Position numbers and translations under genes: made by a program. Shown piece after piece: positions 6,901 to 15,885 of a DNA stretch of 64,000 bases. The stretch is taken from the IMG/VR virus record IMGVR_UViG_3300027091_000001, positions 3,711-67,710 of that record; one strand, 5' to 3'. Source of the stretch: a virus. The notes beneath the pieces were generated by a model. That model saw only the letters and a list, made by a program, of their open reading frames with translations. It searched no databases and was not told where the DNA came from. Each line of letters starts with the position of its first letter. Position 1 is the first letter of the stretch.

Positions 6901-7115
6901 ATACTTATCGTCTCAAGTTCCTAAGTCTCCTCAGTGAGGCTCTAGCGAGCCCACAATGGCATCCATTCAAGGGTGAATCATGTGAGGTTGATTGCCTTGG
7001 CTACAACGGCTGGGCTCCGACCTGTTATTGTGGAACCTACCGTTGTGAGATGTCTCCACAGGGTGAACTTGAAACAATGACCCTGTTCGTACAGGCACTA
7101 ATCAAAGTCAAATAA
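6897..7115 (+). CDS. hypothetical Cys-containing protein
   Basis: ATGA coupling; CYCGTYRC. Confidence 0.7.
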   Translation: MNTYRLKFLSLLSEALASPQWHPFKGESCEVDCLGYNGWAPTCYCGTYRCEMSPQGELETMTLFVQALIKVK

Positions 7116-7143
7116 GTATTTTTAAAAATAGTTTAATTTGCTA

Positions 7144-7189
7144 TTGACATAGAGTATATCGTTGCCTATACTCTATTCAGTCAAGTTCG
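7144..7189 (+). promoter_or_regulatory. island promoter (TCAAGTT class)
   Basis: TTGACA-17-TATACT-8-TCAAGTTCG. Confidence 0.85.
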
Positions 7190-7214
7190 CAATCAACCTT
7201 TGGAGGAAACAAAA

Positions 7215-7394
7215 ATGTTCACAGTCACTTTTTATACTTACTCACAAATCCTGAAGCAAGGCTTCAGCAACACAGAAGTCCACGATGACTTCTTCTCCAT
7301 CCGGATTAGGGCAATGGCCCTCAACCTTCAAGTTACGAAGGTAGTTGATGTGGAAGGCGACGAAGTCAGCCTTGACATGGTTTGGGGAAATTAA
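7215..7394 (+). CDS. hypothetical protein, paralog of 54131..54310
   Basis: MFTVTFYTYSQILKQGFSNTEVHDDFFSIRIRAMALNLQV...EVSLDMVWGN nearly identical to second copy. Confidence 0.8.
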   Translation: MFTVTFYTYSQILKQGFSNTEVHDDFFSIRIRAMALNLQVTKVVDVEGDEVSLDMVWGN

Positions 7395-7404
7395 GGAGAA
7401 TACG

Positions 7405-7662
7405 ATGACAAAAGTCATGAACCACTCGGAATACCAAGCCAAACTAATGACAGTGGAGTTCCACTCTCTAGAGTACATAGTCAAGGACTGTACCGCTGTT
7501 CTCGAAGCGTGGAAAGACCATCCAAATCACGGGTACTACTCGGACGAGATTCACTATTGTCTCGCTGAGATTCGGTATCGCAAAGACCCGAAAAACGCTC
7601 CACTCTGGTGGCGTAAAGCGATAAAGAAGTTGATGACCGAATCGGTCAGAGAGGAGGCATAA
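7405..7662 (+). CDS. hypothetical protein
   Basis: AAGGAG RBS, likely start MTKVMNH. Confidence 0.7.
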   Translation: MTKVMNHSEYQAKLMTVEFHSLEYIVKDCTAVLEAWKDHPNHGYYSDEIHYCLAEIRYRKDPKNAPLWWRKAIKKLMTESVREEA

Positions 7663-7663
7663 G

Positions 7664-8044
7664 ATGTTCAACCGTGTACCGTGGGAGATTCCACAAGACG
7701 CTACAAGCGTCGATTACTGGGCTGGTGGCGGATATCCGCTCTACTACGTTGTTGATTCGTATGTAGCCATATGTCCAGAATGCGTCAACAACAATCTCAG
7801 CCTGTGCAAAGACAAGACCAACAAGGAATGGTTTGTAATGGGTTGTGAAATCAACTGGGAAGACCCATCCCTCTATTGCGACGCTTGTTCTAAGCGAATC
7901 GAATCAGCGTACGCTGAGGACGAGTGCGACAACAACAGCGAGCCCGACGATGACTCTTCATGGGCTGATGCGAACGCTCTTGCTTCCGCTGGATTCGGGA
8001 CGGATGAAGACTACATCGGAGGGGATGGAAAAGGAGACGACTGA
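7664..8044 (+). CDS. acidic Cys-rich hypothetical protein
   Basis: GAGGAGG RBS; CPEC and CDAC motifs, acidic C-terminus. Confidence 0.75.
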   Translation: MFNRVPWEIPQDATSVDYWAGGGYPLYYVVDSYVAICPECVNNNLSLCKDKTNKEWFVMGCEINWEDPSLYCDACSKRIESAYAEDECDNNSEPDDDSSWADANALASAGFGTDEDYIGGDGKGDD

Positions 8045-8050
8045 TGAAGC

Positions 8051-8260
8051 CTAAGTCAAGACCTTCTCAATTTTTATAAAGGTACACCCGGCATTGTTAT
8101 CACAAAACATCACAGCACGTTCTCGGCGAGAATAGACTTTTATGACAGCACCAGCCTTGTTGTACACTTCAAATTCAAAACGGTTATGGTAAGCACGATT
8201 AATCAATCGCTGACTAAGACTTGTCTTATAATGCTTGCCGTCTAAAGGTATATCTGACAT
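8051..8260 (-). CDS. hypothetical protein (leaderless)
   Basis: TTGACT-18-TAGGCT-6-ATG at 8296..8260. Confidence 0.65.
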   Translation of the reverse strand: MSDIPLDGKHYKTSLSQRLINRAYHNRFEFEVYNKAGAVIKVYSRRERAVMFCDNNAGCTFIKIEKVLT

Positions 8261-8289
8261 GAAATCAGCCTAGCACACTATTAGTCTCT

Positions 8290-8800
8290 AAGTCAAATGT
8301 CTGGACAACTACTTTCTTAGTAACCGAAACATACACCCAGCAACAACCTCATCAAGGACGCACAAGAATCCGGGATTCAGTCCGTTAGGCTCGGGACAAG
8401 ATTTCAAAATCCAAAATTGCCGCTAAGAAAAACACCAGACCGCTTTTTTACCCGGCCCCTCCGTCTAACAGATGAAAATACATAGAGACCACTTCATTCA
8501 CAACACTAAATCCAAAATAAAAAATTAAACTTGCCGCCCATCTGACAACTATGGAACAATCAGACCGCTCCCTCCTTGTTAAGGACAAAATAATAAGGAA
8601 TCAGGCACGACGGGGGCAAAAGGCAACGGATTACCATTCTAGGGCAGGGGTGATACGTTGCCTTTTTTGTATGTCGGTTTCCAAAAAAACGTCTCGGGTC
8701 GAGGGGGCATGGCTAGGCTTTTTTTTTCCGGCCCCTAAATGTGGCGGCCCCCTTTTCCTGCGTAGGGGTCATACGGGTTTATTTTGTAAATGCAAGTCAA
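8290..8800. other. long divergent intergenic region with A/T tracts and short repeats (origin or packaging-site candidate)
   Basis: No credible ORF; T6-(a)(c)ccggcccct twice, agacc(g/a)c three times, inverted repeat 8618..8666. Confidence 0.4.
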
Positions 8801-8805
8801 TACAC

Positions 8806-8835
8806 TTGACAAGTGTAACACTCTCAATGTAAAAT
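8806..8835 (+). promoter_or_regulatory. sigma70-type promoter for Gam-dut-thyX operon
   Basis: TTGACA-18-TAAAAT. Confidence 0.7.
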
Positions 8836-8932
8836 GTGTATGTCAATGGCTAAGCACCTTGACAACAAGCGGGGATATTTGGTGATGCACTTATCTCCGC
8901 TTGTATCTTAATCAGGTTAGAGGAGAAGACGT

Positions 8933-9535
8933 ATGAGTTTACAGGCACGATTTGACCGCATTGAGATTGGTGACAGCACCCGTATAGGCGGGGTATACAT
9001 CAACACTGAGACAGGTGAGATAACAGGCACGGTAGATGGCTACATACCTGAGCATATCGAGACGGCTGACGACTTAGAAGTTTTCTTTGACCGAGTAAGC
9101 ACTAATCAGTACGAAGTTGACGCAATGAAGCGACGTTTGTCTGACACGGTAGCCCATATGAACGCTCTTATAGCGGATAAGCAAGCAACCATTGAGTACC
9201 TTATCGAGCGTTGGGGTGAAGAAGCCCGTGACGTAGCCAAGGCAAGCCTTGTAGAGGGTAAGACGTATCAAGGTATCCACGCCTCTATAGCATTCCGTAA
9301 GAAGAATGCATCCCTTAAGGTAACTGATGCGGATAAGTTTATGGAAACTGTTGGTAATGCTATACCTGACGCAGTGAAGGTAGTGCGTACACCGCTTATC
9401 AGTAAGTTACCTAGTCATATTGAGGCATTAGCCCTCATAAACGCTGAGTATGCGGAAAGCATTGGGTTGGCTGTACAACCAGCATCGGAAGTTGCAACGC
9501 TGAAGATAGGGGATTCAAAGATAGATGTCAGTTGA
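8933..9535 (+). CDS. Mu Gam-like host-nuclease inhibitor / DNA end-binding protein
   Basis: Coiled-coil N-half then EGKTYQGIHASIAFRKKNASLKV, resembling Gam/Gp157 families. Confidence 0.6.
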   Translation: MSLQARFDRIEIGDSTRIGGVYINTETGEITGTVDGYIPEHIETADDLEVFFDRVSTNQYEVDAMKRRLSDTVAHMNALIADKQATIEYLIERWGEEARDVAKASLVEGKTYQGIHASIAFRKKNASLKVTDADKFMETVGNAIPDAVKVVRTPLISKLPSHIEALALINAEYAESIGLAVQPASEVATLKIGDSKIDVS

Positions 9536-9968
9536 GAAGTTGGTTATAAGTGTTGAGGAGGGGGCTGTTGCTCCCTCCTACGCTACGTCTGGGTCGGCAG
9601 GGGCTGACTTACGAGCATTTACAGACAAACCTATACATCTGCTCAGCGGGTCAAAGGAAATCATCAACACTGGGATACGGATGAGAGTTCCTGAAGGATA
9701 CGAAGTCCAGATTCGCCCAAGGAGTGGATTAGCGGCAAACTATGGGATTACGGTTCTGAATAGTCCGGGGACGATTGACAGCGATTACCGTGGGGAAGTT
9801 CGAGTCATCTTGTTCAATCACGGGAAAGAAGGCAGGGTCATTCAGTCTGGGGATAAGATTGCACAGATGGTGCTTGCTCCTGTAACAAGGGCTGAGTTCG
9901 AGGTTGGCGATGTTGATGTGGACACTCAGCGTGGAACAGGCGGGTTCGGCTCAACGGGGATTCAGTAA
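9525..9968 (+). CDS. dut: trimeric dUTPase
   Basis: SAGADL, RPRSGLA, GTIDSDYRGEV, RGTGGFGSTG motifs. Confidence 0.97.
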   Translation: MSVEKLVISVEEGAVAPSYATSGSAGADLRAFTDKPIHLLSGSKEIINTGIRMRVPEGYEVQIRPRSGLAANYGITVLNSPGTIDSDYRGEVRVILFNHGKEGRVIQSGDKIAQMVLAPVTRAEFEVGDVDVDTQRGTGGFGSTGIQ

Positions 9969-10612
9969 TGGCGAAAGCAACACTTATTGACATTACGACA
10001 AACGCTGAACATCAAATGATTTACTGTGCTCGGGTTTCGAATCCGTCGAATCAGTCAAACTATGAGACGGGCGGCAAGTTGTTGAAGTATTGTCTTGACA
10101 ACAGACACTGGAGCGTCTTTGAGATGGCGTACGCAACGGTTGAGGTAGAGACTGAGCGTGACATATCAGCACAGATACTGAGACATAGGTCGTTTTGCTT
10201 TCAGGAGTTCAGCACACGATACGCCAAGACGAGTAAAGCGAAACCGTTTGAGATACGACGGCAGGACATGAAGAATAGGCAATCGAGTCATGACGACTTG
10301 CCCGATGAAGTTCGTGACGAATACACGGAGCGAGTCAATGATGTCATTGATAATGCATGGGCACTGTACGAAGACATGATTCTGAATGGAGTTGCCCGTG
10401 AGACAGCACGTCGCATTTTGCCACTCTGTACACCTACGACGTTTTATATGAGCGGCAATGTACGGAGTTGGATTCACTACATCGAGGTGAGGACGCAACC
10501 CGGGACACAGAAAGAACATCGTGATGTTGCAATCGCAATAAGAGGGGCACTTGCACCTAAGTTGCCAATCATCGCTGAAGTTCTTGGATGGGAAAACAAT
10601 GGCACGACGTAA
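9968..10612 (+). CDS. thyX: flavin-dependent thymidylate synthase
   Basis: HWSVFE, QILRHRSFCFQEFSTRY, ETARRILP motifs. Confidence 0.97.
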   Translation: MAKATLIDITTNAEHQMIYCARVSNPSNQSNYETGGKLLKYCLDNRHWSVFEMAYATVEVETERDISAQILRHRSFCFQEFSTRYAKTSKAKPFEIRRQDMKNRQSSHDDLPDEVRDEYTERVNDVIDNAWALYEDMILNGVARETARRILPLCTPTTFYMSGNVRSWIHYIEVRTQPGTQKEHRDVAIAIRGALAPKLPIIAEVLGWENNGTT

Positions 10613-11786
10613 ACCGAAGGGCATCATAAACCTTGAACACGAAGACGTTGATGTTGCACTACTGAAGCATCACCCACGTAACGTGAACACAGGTGACATA
10701 GACACGATTGTGGAGTCTATCGAACGCAACGGATTCTTTGGCAATGTGATTGTGAACAAGAGAACGAGTCACATCCTTGCTGGGAACCATAGAGTGATGG
10801 CGGCAAAGCGGTTGGGATTCCTAAAGGTTCCAGTCACTTGGATTGATGTTGATGAGGATGAGGAGTTACGCATCCTTCTGGTTGACAACAGGACTGCTCG
10901 CCTTGGCTCTGATGATACTGAGGCACTGACCGCACTACTGGAAGAGTTGGCTGAGACGGATGCAGGACTGATTGGCACGGGGTACACGGACTACGACCTT
11001 GATGACCTCTTGCTGAGCCTTGAGGAGACTGAGGAAGAAGTCGAGAAGAAGCCAAAGGAACGGCAACCCAAGGAAGCCGATGAGGAAGATGTCGAGCCTT
11101 GGCATTTCGAACACTCTATATTCCCATCTGACAACGAGTTCGGTATTCCATTATTAGACGCAAAGTTGCAAGCCCGGACACTAACCCCACCCGTCGAGAA
11201 GTGGGGATACATCAGCCGTAAGGCAAAGTTCAACGGGACGTACCAGTTCTACACTGACGACTACAAGTTCTCAGCCGTATGGACTGACCCAACCGTCATA
11301 GTCAATTCAAAGTGCATTGCCTTCACCGAGTTGAACTACTCCACTCACAATCAAATGCCAATTGCCGTCTTCCTTTTTGACCTCTACAAGAAGCGGTGGA
11401 TTTCACGGTATTGCCAGTCTTACGGTATTCAAGTTTTCGTTGACATCAATGTTGAGGAAATCTTCTACCCATATTGCCTACTCGGAGTTCCTAAAGGATG
11501 GGGAGCATACTCAGTCAGAGCGAACGTAACAGCCGACAAGGGCACAGAAGTCCTACAAGGCACAGTAGACCTAGCCCGTGAACACGCTGGAGACACACCA
11601 CTACTCATGCTTGTCTTTGGAGGTGGAAAGGTAGCCCAAGAGTTTTGCCGCAATACACCCGGATTGTTCTGGATAGCCGAGAACAGTGAAGTCAAAACAG
11701 GGCGACGTAAGTCCGATATTCATAACGACCATAAAGCATCCGAGCAAGAGAATGAAGAGGCTACTGAAGAGGTAGACGAGGATTAG
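10599..11786 (+). CDS. ParB/Srx-like domain fused to DUF4417-like domain
   Basis: N-term ILAGNHRVMAAKRLG (ParB N); C-term QFYTDDYKFSAVWTDP...YKKRWISRYCQSYGIQV; likely start 10599. Confidence 0.75.
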   Translation: MARRKPKGIINLEHEDVDVALLKHHPRNVNTGDIDTIVESIERNGFFGNVIVNKRTSHILAGNHRVMAAKRLGFLKVPVTWIDVDEDEELRILLVDNRTARLGSDDTEALTALLEELAETDAGLIGTGYTDYDLDDLLLSLEETEEEVEKKPKERQPKEADEEDVEPWHFEHSIFPSDNEFGIPLLDAKLQARTLTPPVEKWGYISRKAKFNGTYQFYTDDYKFSAVWTDPTVIVNSKCIAFTELNYSTHNQMPIAVFLFDLYKKRWISRYCQSYGIQVFVDINVEEIFYPYCLLGVPKGWGAYSVRANVTADKGTEVLQGTVDLAREHAGDTPLLMLVFGGGKVAQEFCRNTPGLFWIAENSEVKTGRRKSDIHNDHKASEQENEEATEEVDED

Positions 11787-11823
11787 ATAGGGGCTGTTAA
11801 GTGTATAGTAAAGGACATAACGT

Positions 11824-12132
11824 ATGGATAAAATAAAACCGCTTCACTACCGTAATAGCGTTATACAACCTATTGACATCTGGCGAGACTGGGGACTGGA
11901 GCCTGATGCGAGCGTTGCGACGTGCATTAAATACCTAAAGCGAGCGGGTACAAAGGCTGGCGAGTTGAGCGGTGATGACTATTTGAAAGCAGTCTGGTTT
12001 CTTGTGAATGCCGTTACCGGGACATCTCAAGTTGCTGATGAAGTTATCACTCTCGTGAAGGAGCACTCCCTCTTTGAGTTTACGAACACGCCGATAAACC
12101 TCATTGACGAACAAGAGCAGTTAATGCGATAG
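11824..12132 (+). CDS. DUF3310 (SaV-like) family protein
   Basis: KPLHY...IQPIDI...IKYLKRAGTK...YLKAVWF. Confidence 0.7.
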   Translation: MDKIKPLHYRNSVIQPIDIWRDWGLEPDASVATCIKYLKRAGTKAGELSGDDYLKAVWFLVNAVTGTSQVADEVITLVKEHSLFEFTNTPINLIDEQEQLMR

Positions 12133-12203
12133 TATGTGAATACTCTTTTCTGTAACCTGTTATTCTCCCCCAATGTTTATTCATTGGGGGATATTTTTTA
12201 GTT

Positions 12204-12599
12204 TCAGTCGCCATCGATGTAAGGTTCATCGTCTTCTTCGTTTTCGTCCAATGTGACTGGTTCACCAGTTGCCTTCGGTATGACCCTTAGGCCGGAACAA
12301 AGATTACAAGGGATGTCGTATACGCCACTCCGATAGTCTTCAAAGAATTGTTGGTCGTTGTAGAAGTCTTCCGCTGTTAACCCATTAGCGTCAATGCTTG
12401 GGTTTACGTGAGAACCATTACCGTTACACAGTGGGCAAACATTGAATTCGAATCGTACTGACTGCCGCTTTCCATCTTCGGTTCGGTCTTTGAGAATTGC
12501 AGTGTTGCCATCGAGTGTTTCCCACCAAATGTCATTCATCGCACGAATTCTGTAATCGGTGTAATAGTTCCTGTCCTCTATTGAAAAATATTCTTCCAT
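12204..12599 (-). CDS. Zn-finger hypothetical protein
   Basis: CPLCNGNG and CNLCSGL motifs. Confidence 0.75.
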   Translation of the reverse strand: MEEYFSIEDRNYYTDYRIRAMNDIWWETLDGNTAILKDRTEDGKRQSVRFEFNVCPLCNGNGSHVNPSIDANGLTAEDFYNDQQFFEDYRSGVYDIPCNLCSGLRVIPKATGEPVTLDENEEDDEPYIDGD

Positions 12600-12620
12600 T
12601 TGAATCTCCTTAGGTATGTG

Positions 12621-12887
12621 TTAGGCTGACCGCTTAGCGGGGCTGTATGAGTCTCGTAGAGACTGCTGGACTATGACAATCCCCTTGGTGTACCCGTCAA
12701 TCCATGCGTAGGTTGATTCATACGAGGATGAGGAGTAACCACCCATCCTGTCATCAACTTTGATGTCTGGAATACATCCGTTTAGGTCACAGTCGAACCA
12801 TTTCACCGTGAGTTTGAATTGCTCATTGATGAGCGGGTTAACACGGTCGATACAACCGATGATTATTTCTTTTTCTTTGGTTGTCAC
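12621..12887 (-). CDS. hypothetical protein
   Basis: 88-aa ORF in coupled minus operon. Confidence 0.65.
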   Translation of the reverse strand: MTTKEKEIIIGCIDRVNPLINEQFKLTVKWFDCDLNGCIPDIKVDDRMGGYSSSSYESTYAWIDGYTKGIVIVQQSLRDSYSPAKRSA

Positions 12888-13096
12888 TTTGTTTCTACCT
12901 TAATGCACACATCTCCGAGACCAAAGATGATTACGTCATTTTCTACCCGAATGTCCTCGTCTTCGCATTCGTTGATTGCGTCAAGGGCTTCGTCAAGGTC
13001 AATTTTGTGCAGGCCTGATGGACTGCTGAGTTGGAGCAACATGCCTTCTTCGATTGCCCAAGAGGCTGTTGCAATTGCTGATTCTTTATTTGTCAC
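12884..13096 (-). CDS. hypothetical acidic protein
   Basis: 70-aa ORF, coupled overlaps. Confidence 0.65.
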   Translation of the reverse strand: MTNKESAIATASWAIEEGMLLQLSSPSGLHKIDLDEALDAINECEDEDIRVENDVIIFGLGDVCIKVETK

Positions 13097-13335
13097 TTTG
13101 ATACCTTCTCTACCTTCTCGCCAAAGATGCTTAATTCACGGTATTCGGTGAAGCATTCCATAACCTTCTCAATGGAGGCTACACGGAATGGGAGTTCCAT
13201 GATGTGGGAGCCCTCGCCAACAAAAACTGTCTTGACTACGGAATAGTCGCCTGTAGGTGACTCGTAGACATTGAGGTGAACCTGAACGGTTTTCCCGTCC
13301 GCTTCCATGTGCCTGAACTCGTGAAATAATAACAT
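13093..13335 (-). CDS. hypothetical protein
   Basis: Likely start MLLFHE after TAGGAG RBS and island promoter. Confidence 0.7.
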   Translation of the reverse strand: MLLFHEFRHMEADGKTVQVHLNVYESPTGDYSVVKTVFVGEGSHIMELPFRVASIEKVMECFTEYRELSIFGEKVEKVSK

Positions 13336-13350
13336 TGTTTTTCTCCTACC

Positions 13351-13394
13351 AACTTGATTGATTAGAGTATCGCACATGATATACAGAATGTCAA
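13351..13394 (-). promoter_or_regulatory. island promoter (TCAAGTT class)
   Basis: TTGACA-17-GATACT-8-TCAAGTT. Confidence 0.85.
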
Positions 13395-13438
13395 TAGTGG
13401 AATCAAACTATTTTGATAAATATATTTTGTTATTATTA

Positions 13439-13483
13439 TTGACACCTGATGAAGTCTGTGCAATAATTTACGCATCAAGTTCG
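13439..13483 (+). promoter_or_regulatory. island promoter (TCAAGTT class)
   Basis: TTGACA-17-AATAAT-7-TCAAGTTCG. Confidence 0.8.
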
Positions 13484-13500
13484 GGTAGGAGAACATCGGA

Positions 13501-13761
13501 ATGGAAACAATAAACTCAGTTATAGAACTTGCCATCGAGGCTATCTCTAGTGCTGAGAAGATGAAGAAGTACGAGGTGGTGGTGTCCGTCAACGGGAACA
13601 TCGTGTCGCAAGCAGAGCCATACCACTGGGAATGGTTGGAATGCAAGTGGGATTCGGCTCGCATCGGTGTCCAGCAATTTATGGATGGTGAGACGGCAAT
13701 CGAATACATTTTTACTAAAGGCGGAATAACATTCGCTTTATTCAAAGTAAGAGGCATGTAA
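13501..13761 (+). CDS. hypothetical protein
   Basis: 86-aa ORF after promoter/RBS. Confidence 0.7.
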   Translation: METINSVIELAIEAISSAEKMKKYEVVVSVNGNIVSQAEPYHWEWLECKWDSARIGVQQFMDGETAIEYIFTKGGITFALFKVRGM

Positions 13762-14051
13762 TGGATATCACGGAAGCCAATGGACTAGTCAGTGCATACG
13801 AAATCAAGAGGCGAGCGGTTGGTCTGTTGACGCTATTCGAGGGAAAAGCATGGGGAAAAAAGTTTACGATACAACAAGCGATAAATCCTGAGGCTGGGAA
13901 ACAGGCTTGGCGAATAAAGCGGCAAGACGGGGAAGAGGTCTTCGTTACGGTTGACGGAGCGTTGTTCAGTAAGGACTACGGATACACCGCTTGGAGGGGC
14001 ATCATGAAGAATGCTATAGACACTCTTCACAGACAAGGGGAAGACTCATGA
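13761..14051 (+). CDS. hypothetical protein
   Basis: TAATG coupling. Confidence 0.7.
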   Translation: MDITEANGLVSAYEIKRRAVGLLTLFEGKAWGKKFTIQQAINPEAGKQAWRIKRQDGEEVFVTVDGALFSKDYGYTAWRGIMKNAIDTLHRQGEDS

Positions 14052-14335
14052 AACTCGTCTTAAGCATCGCTGTCAGAGCGTTAGTCATCGGACTCATTGT
14101 TGCATCAGTCTCAATGATGACAAGCCTTTGGAACGGAGTTGGATTCATCGGCGGATGGACTCTTGCACTTGCCATTTTACTTGTCGCATTCACCATCGTC
14201 TTCATCGTCCTAATGAAACAAAGTTGGGATGAATACTTTTGGATGAAAGCAAACGGCTATGACATAACAAGGTTAAGCAGGGAAGATTACTTTTATGCAA
14301 TGCAAAAAATGGAAGACGACCAGAGCCAAAAATAA
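14048..14335 (+). CDS. two-TM membrane protein
   Basis: ATGA coupling at 14048; two hydrophobic segments. Confidence 0.7.
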   Translation: MKLVLSIAVRALVIGLIVASVSMMTSLWNGVGFIGGWTLALAILLVAFTIVFIVLMKQSWDEYFWMKANGYDITRLSREDYFYAMQKMEDDQSQK

Positions 14336-14426
14336 CATTGGTTTACCCTCGTCCTAGGCTTTATGCGTCTGGCAACAAGAAAGCCCCTGTACGGGGCTTG
14401 TAGGGGCTCCTAACCTATCACCCAAC

Positions 14427-14645
14427 CTAGAGGGCTGAGCGATAAGAGCGGATTTCCATCCGCACTGCAACGTACGCATCGAACGAATCAAACTGAGTCA
14501 TCAGGTACTTGACGACTTCACCTTCGCTTCCAGCGAATACGACTTCTTCGGACATCCGGCTCGTTCCATTCTCGAGAACGATGACGAATCCGGTTTCACC
14601 CGTGTTAGGGTGAATTGCCTTTGTTGTTTCAACGAATAGTTTCAT
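14427..14645 (-). CDS. hypothetical protein (leaderless)
   Basis: TTGACA-18-GATACT-6-ATG (14681..14645). Confidence 0.7.
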   Translation of the reverse strand: MKLFVETTKAIHPNTGETGFVIVLENGTSRMSEEVVFAGSEGEVVKYLMTQFDSFDAYVAVRMEIRSYRSAL

Positions 14646-14711
14646 GTCAATAGTATCGCATACACTTTTATCTATTGTCAATAGCAAATTCAAGTATTTA
14701 TAAAAATAGTT

Positions 14712-14930
14712 TTACATGTCTATTAAACGCACACGAGTGCCCACCTCATCCGCTTTAACATAAATGCGAAACTGTCTCGACCCATAGACACGATGGTATT
14801 CGGTTACAACAAATATATAGGTGATTGTTTCATCCGACTCAAATCGATTTTTCCAGATGCCTTGGTAAACGCTATTCTTCCACTCGGATACAAACTCAAC
14901 CTGATAATGATTACCTATTATAAAGTTCAT
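14712..14930 (-). CDS. hypothetical protein
   Basis: 72-aa ORF with GTAGG RBS. Confidence 0.6.
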   Translation of the reverse strand: MNFIIGNHYQVEFVSEWKNSVYQGIWKNRFESDETITYIFVVTEYHRVYGSRQFRIYVKADEVGTRVRLIDM

Positions 14931-15027
14931 TTTTAAAACCTACCGTTGACATAAGGTATCTTGCCTGTTAGAGTCAGTGCTGAAGAATAACCAACGACCG
15001 ACACTTTGAGTACGGACGGCTGTAAGG

Positions 15028-15309
15028 ATGATAAGGACTCTCATGGTAGTGAAAAGTAAAAAGAGGCATTTCGTCATACAGTGGGGTGTGGGCGGAGTCA
15101 AGAAGTACACATCAAAACAACACGCCATGAAGTATGTGTGTGAACTCTTACAACATGGAGAGCACTCAGTTAATGTTTTTGCCATTTGGGATTGCGAAGC
15201 CGACCGCTGGTCTTATGATGACCGTAAAGTTGAACAATTTATTAAAAAAGTTACGCATAAAGACCGCACTGAGTATATAAACGGCAACAAGGCTGATTTA
15301 TTCGCATGA
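15028..15309 (+). CDS. hypothetical protein
   Basis: 93-aa ORF downstream of TTGACA-17-TAGAGT promoter (14946..14974). Confidence 0.6.
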   Translation: MIRTLMVVKSKKRHFVIQWGVGGVKKYTSKQHAMKYVCELLQHGEHSVNVFAIWDCEADRWSYDDRKVEQFIKKVTHKDRTEYINGNKADLFA

Positions 15310-15881
15310 ACTGGGAACTGCCATCAAGGACGTATGACATCGTAGTGGCTGACCCGCCTTGGAGTTACACAGGGCAACAGGACAAGTGGGGGGCGGCGGC
15401 AAAGTTCTATGACCTCCTCGACAACGAAACGCTGAAGACAATGCCTCTCCCTGACCTCATGCACAAGAACTCAATCCTATTCCTCTGGACGACATCACCA
15501 CGGCTCGATGTTGCAATCGACCTCATCAGACACTGGGGGCTCACCTACCGTGGGATTGCTTTCGTCTGGGTGAAGACACGCAAGGATGGGAAGACTCCTA
15601 TAGGGGCTCAGGGGGTTCGACCATCCATTGTAAAGCCAACTGCGGAGTATGTGTTGACCGCATCCAAACAATCAAAAGGACGACCCCTCAAACTTGCCGA
15701 CGAGTCTATCCAGAACATCGTCCTTGCTCCAAAGCGTGAGCATTCCCGCAAACCAGATGAAGTCAACGAACGAATCGACCTCATGTACCCAACCGCTTCA
15801 AAAATTGAACTCTTTGCCCGTAGACAATGGAGCGATTGGGACACATGGGGCGACGAACTTGAAAAGTTTCCTTCGGTATAG
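15306..15881 (+). CDS. MT-A70 family adenine methyltransferase
   Basis: YDIVVADPPW, LFLWTT, FVWVKT, HSRKPDE, IELFARR. Confidence 0.92.
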   Translation: MNWELPSRTYDIVVADPPWSYTGQQDKWGAAAKFYDLLDNETLKTMPLPDLMHKNSILFLWTTSPRLDVAIDLIRHWGLTYRGIAFVWVKTRKDGKTPIGAQGVRPSIVKPTAEYVLTASKQSKGRPLKLADESIQNIVLAPKREHSRKPDEVNERIDLMYPTASKIELFARRQWSDWDTWGDELEKFPSV

Positions 15882-15885
15882 CCAA

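Noticed and set aside
8551-8832. ORF 8551..8832
   Set aside because: Runs through homopolymer tracts and the downstream promoter; likely spurious
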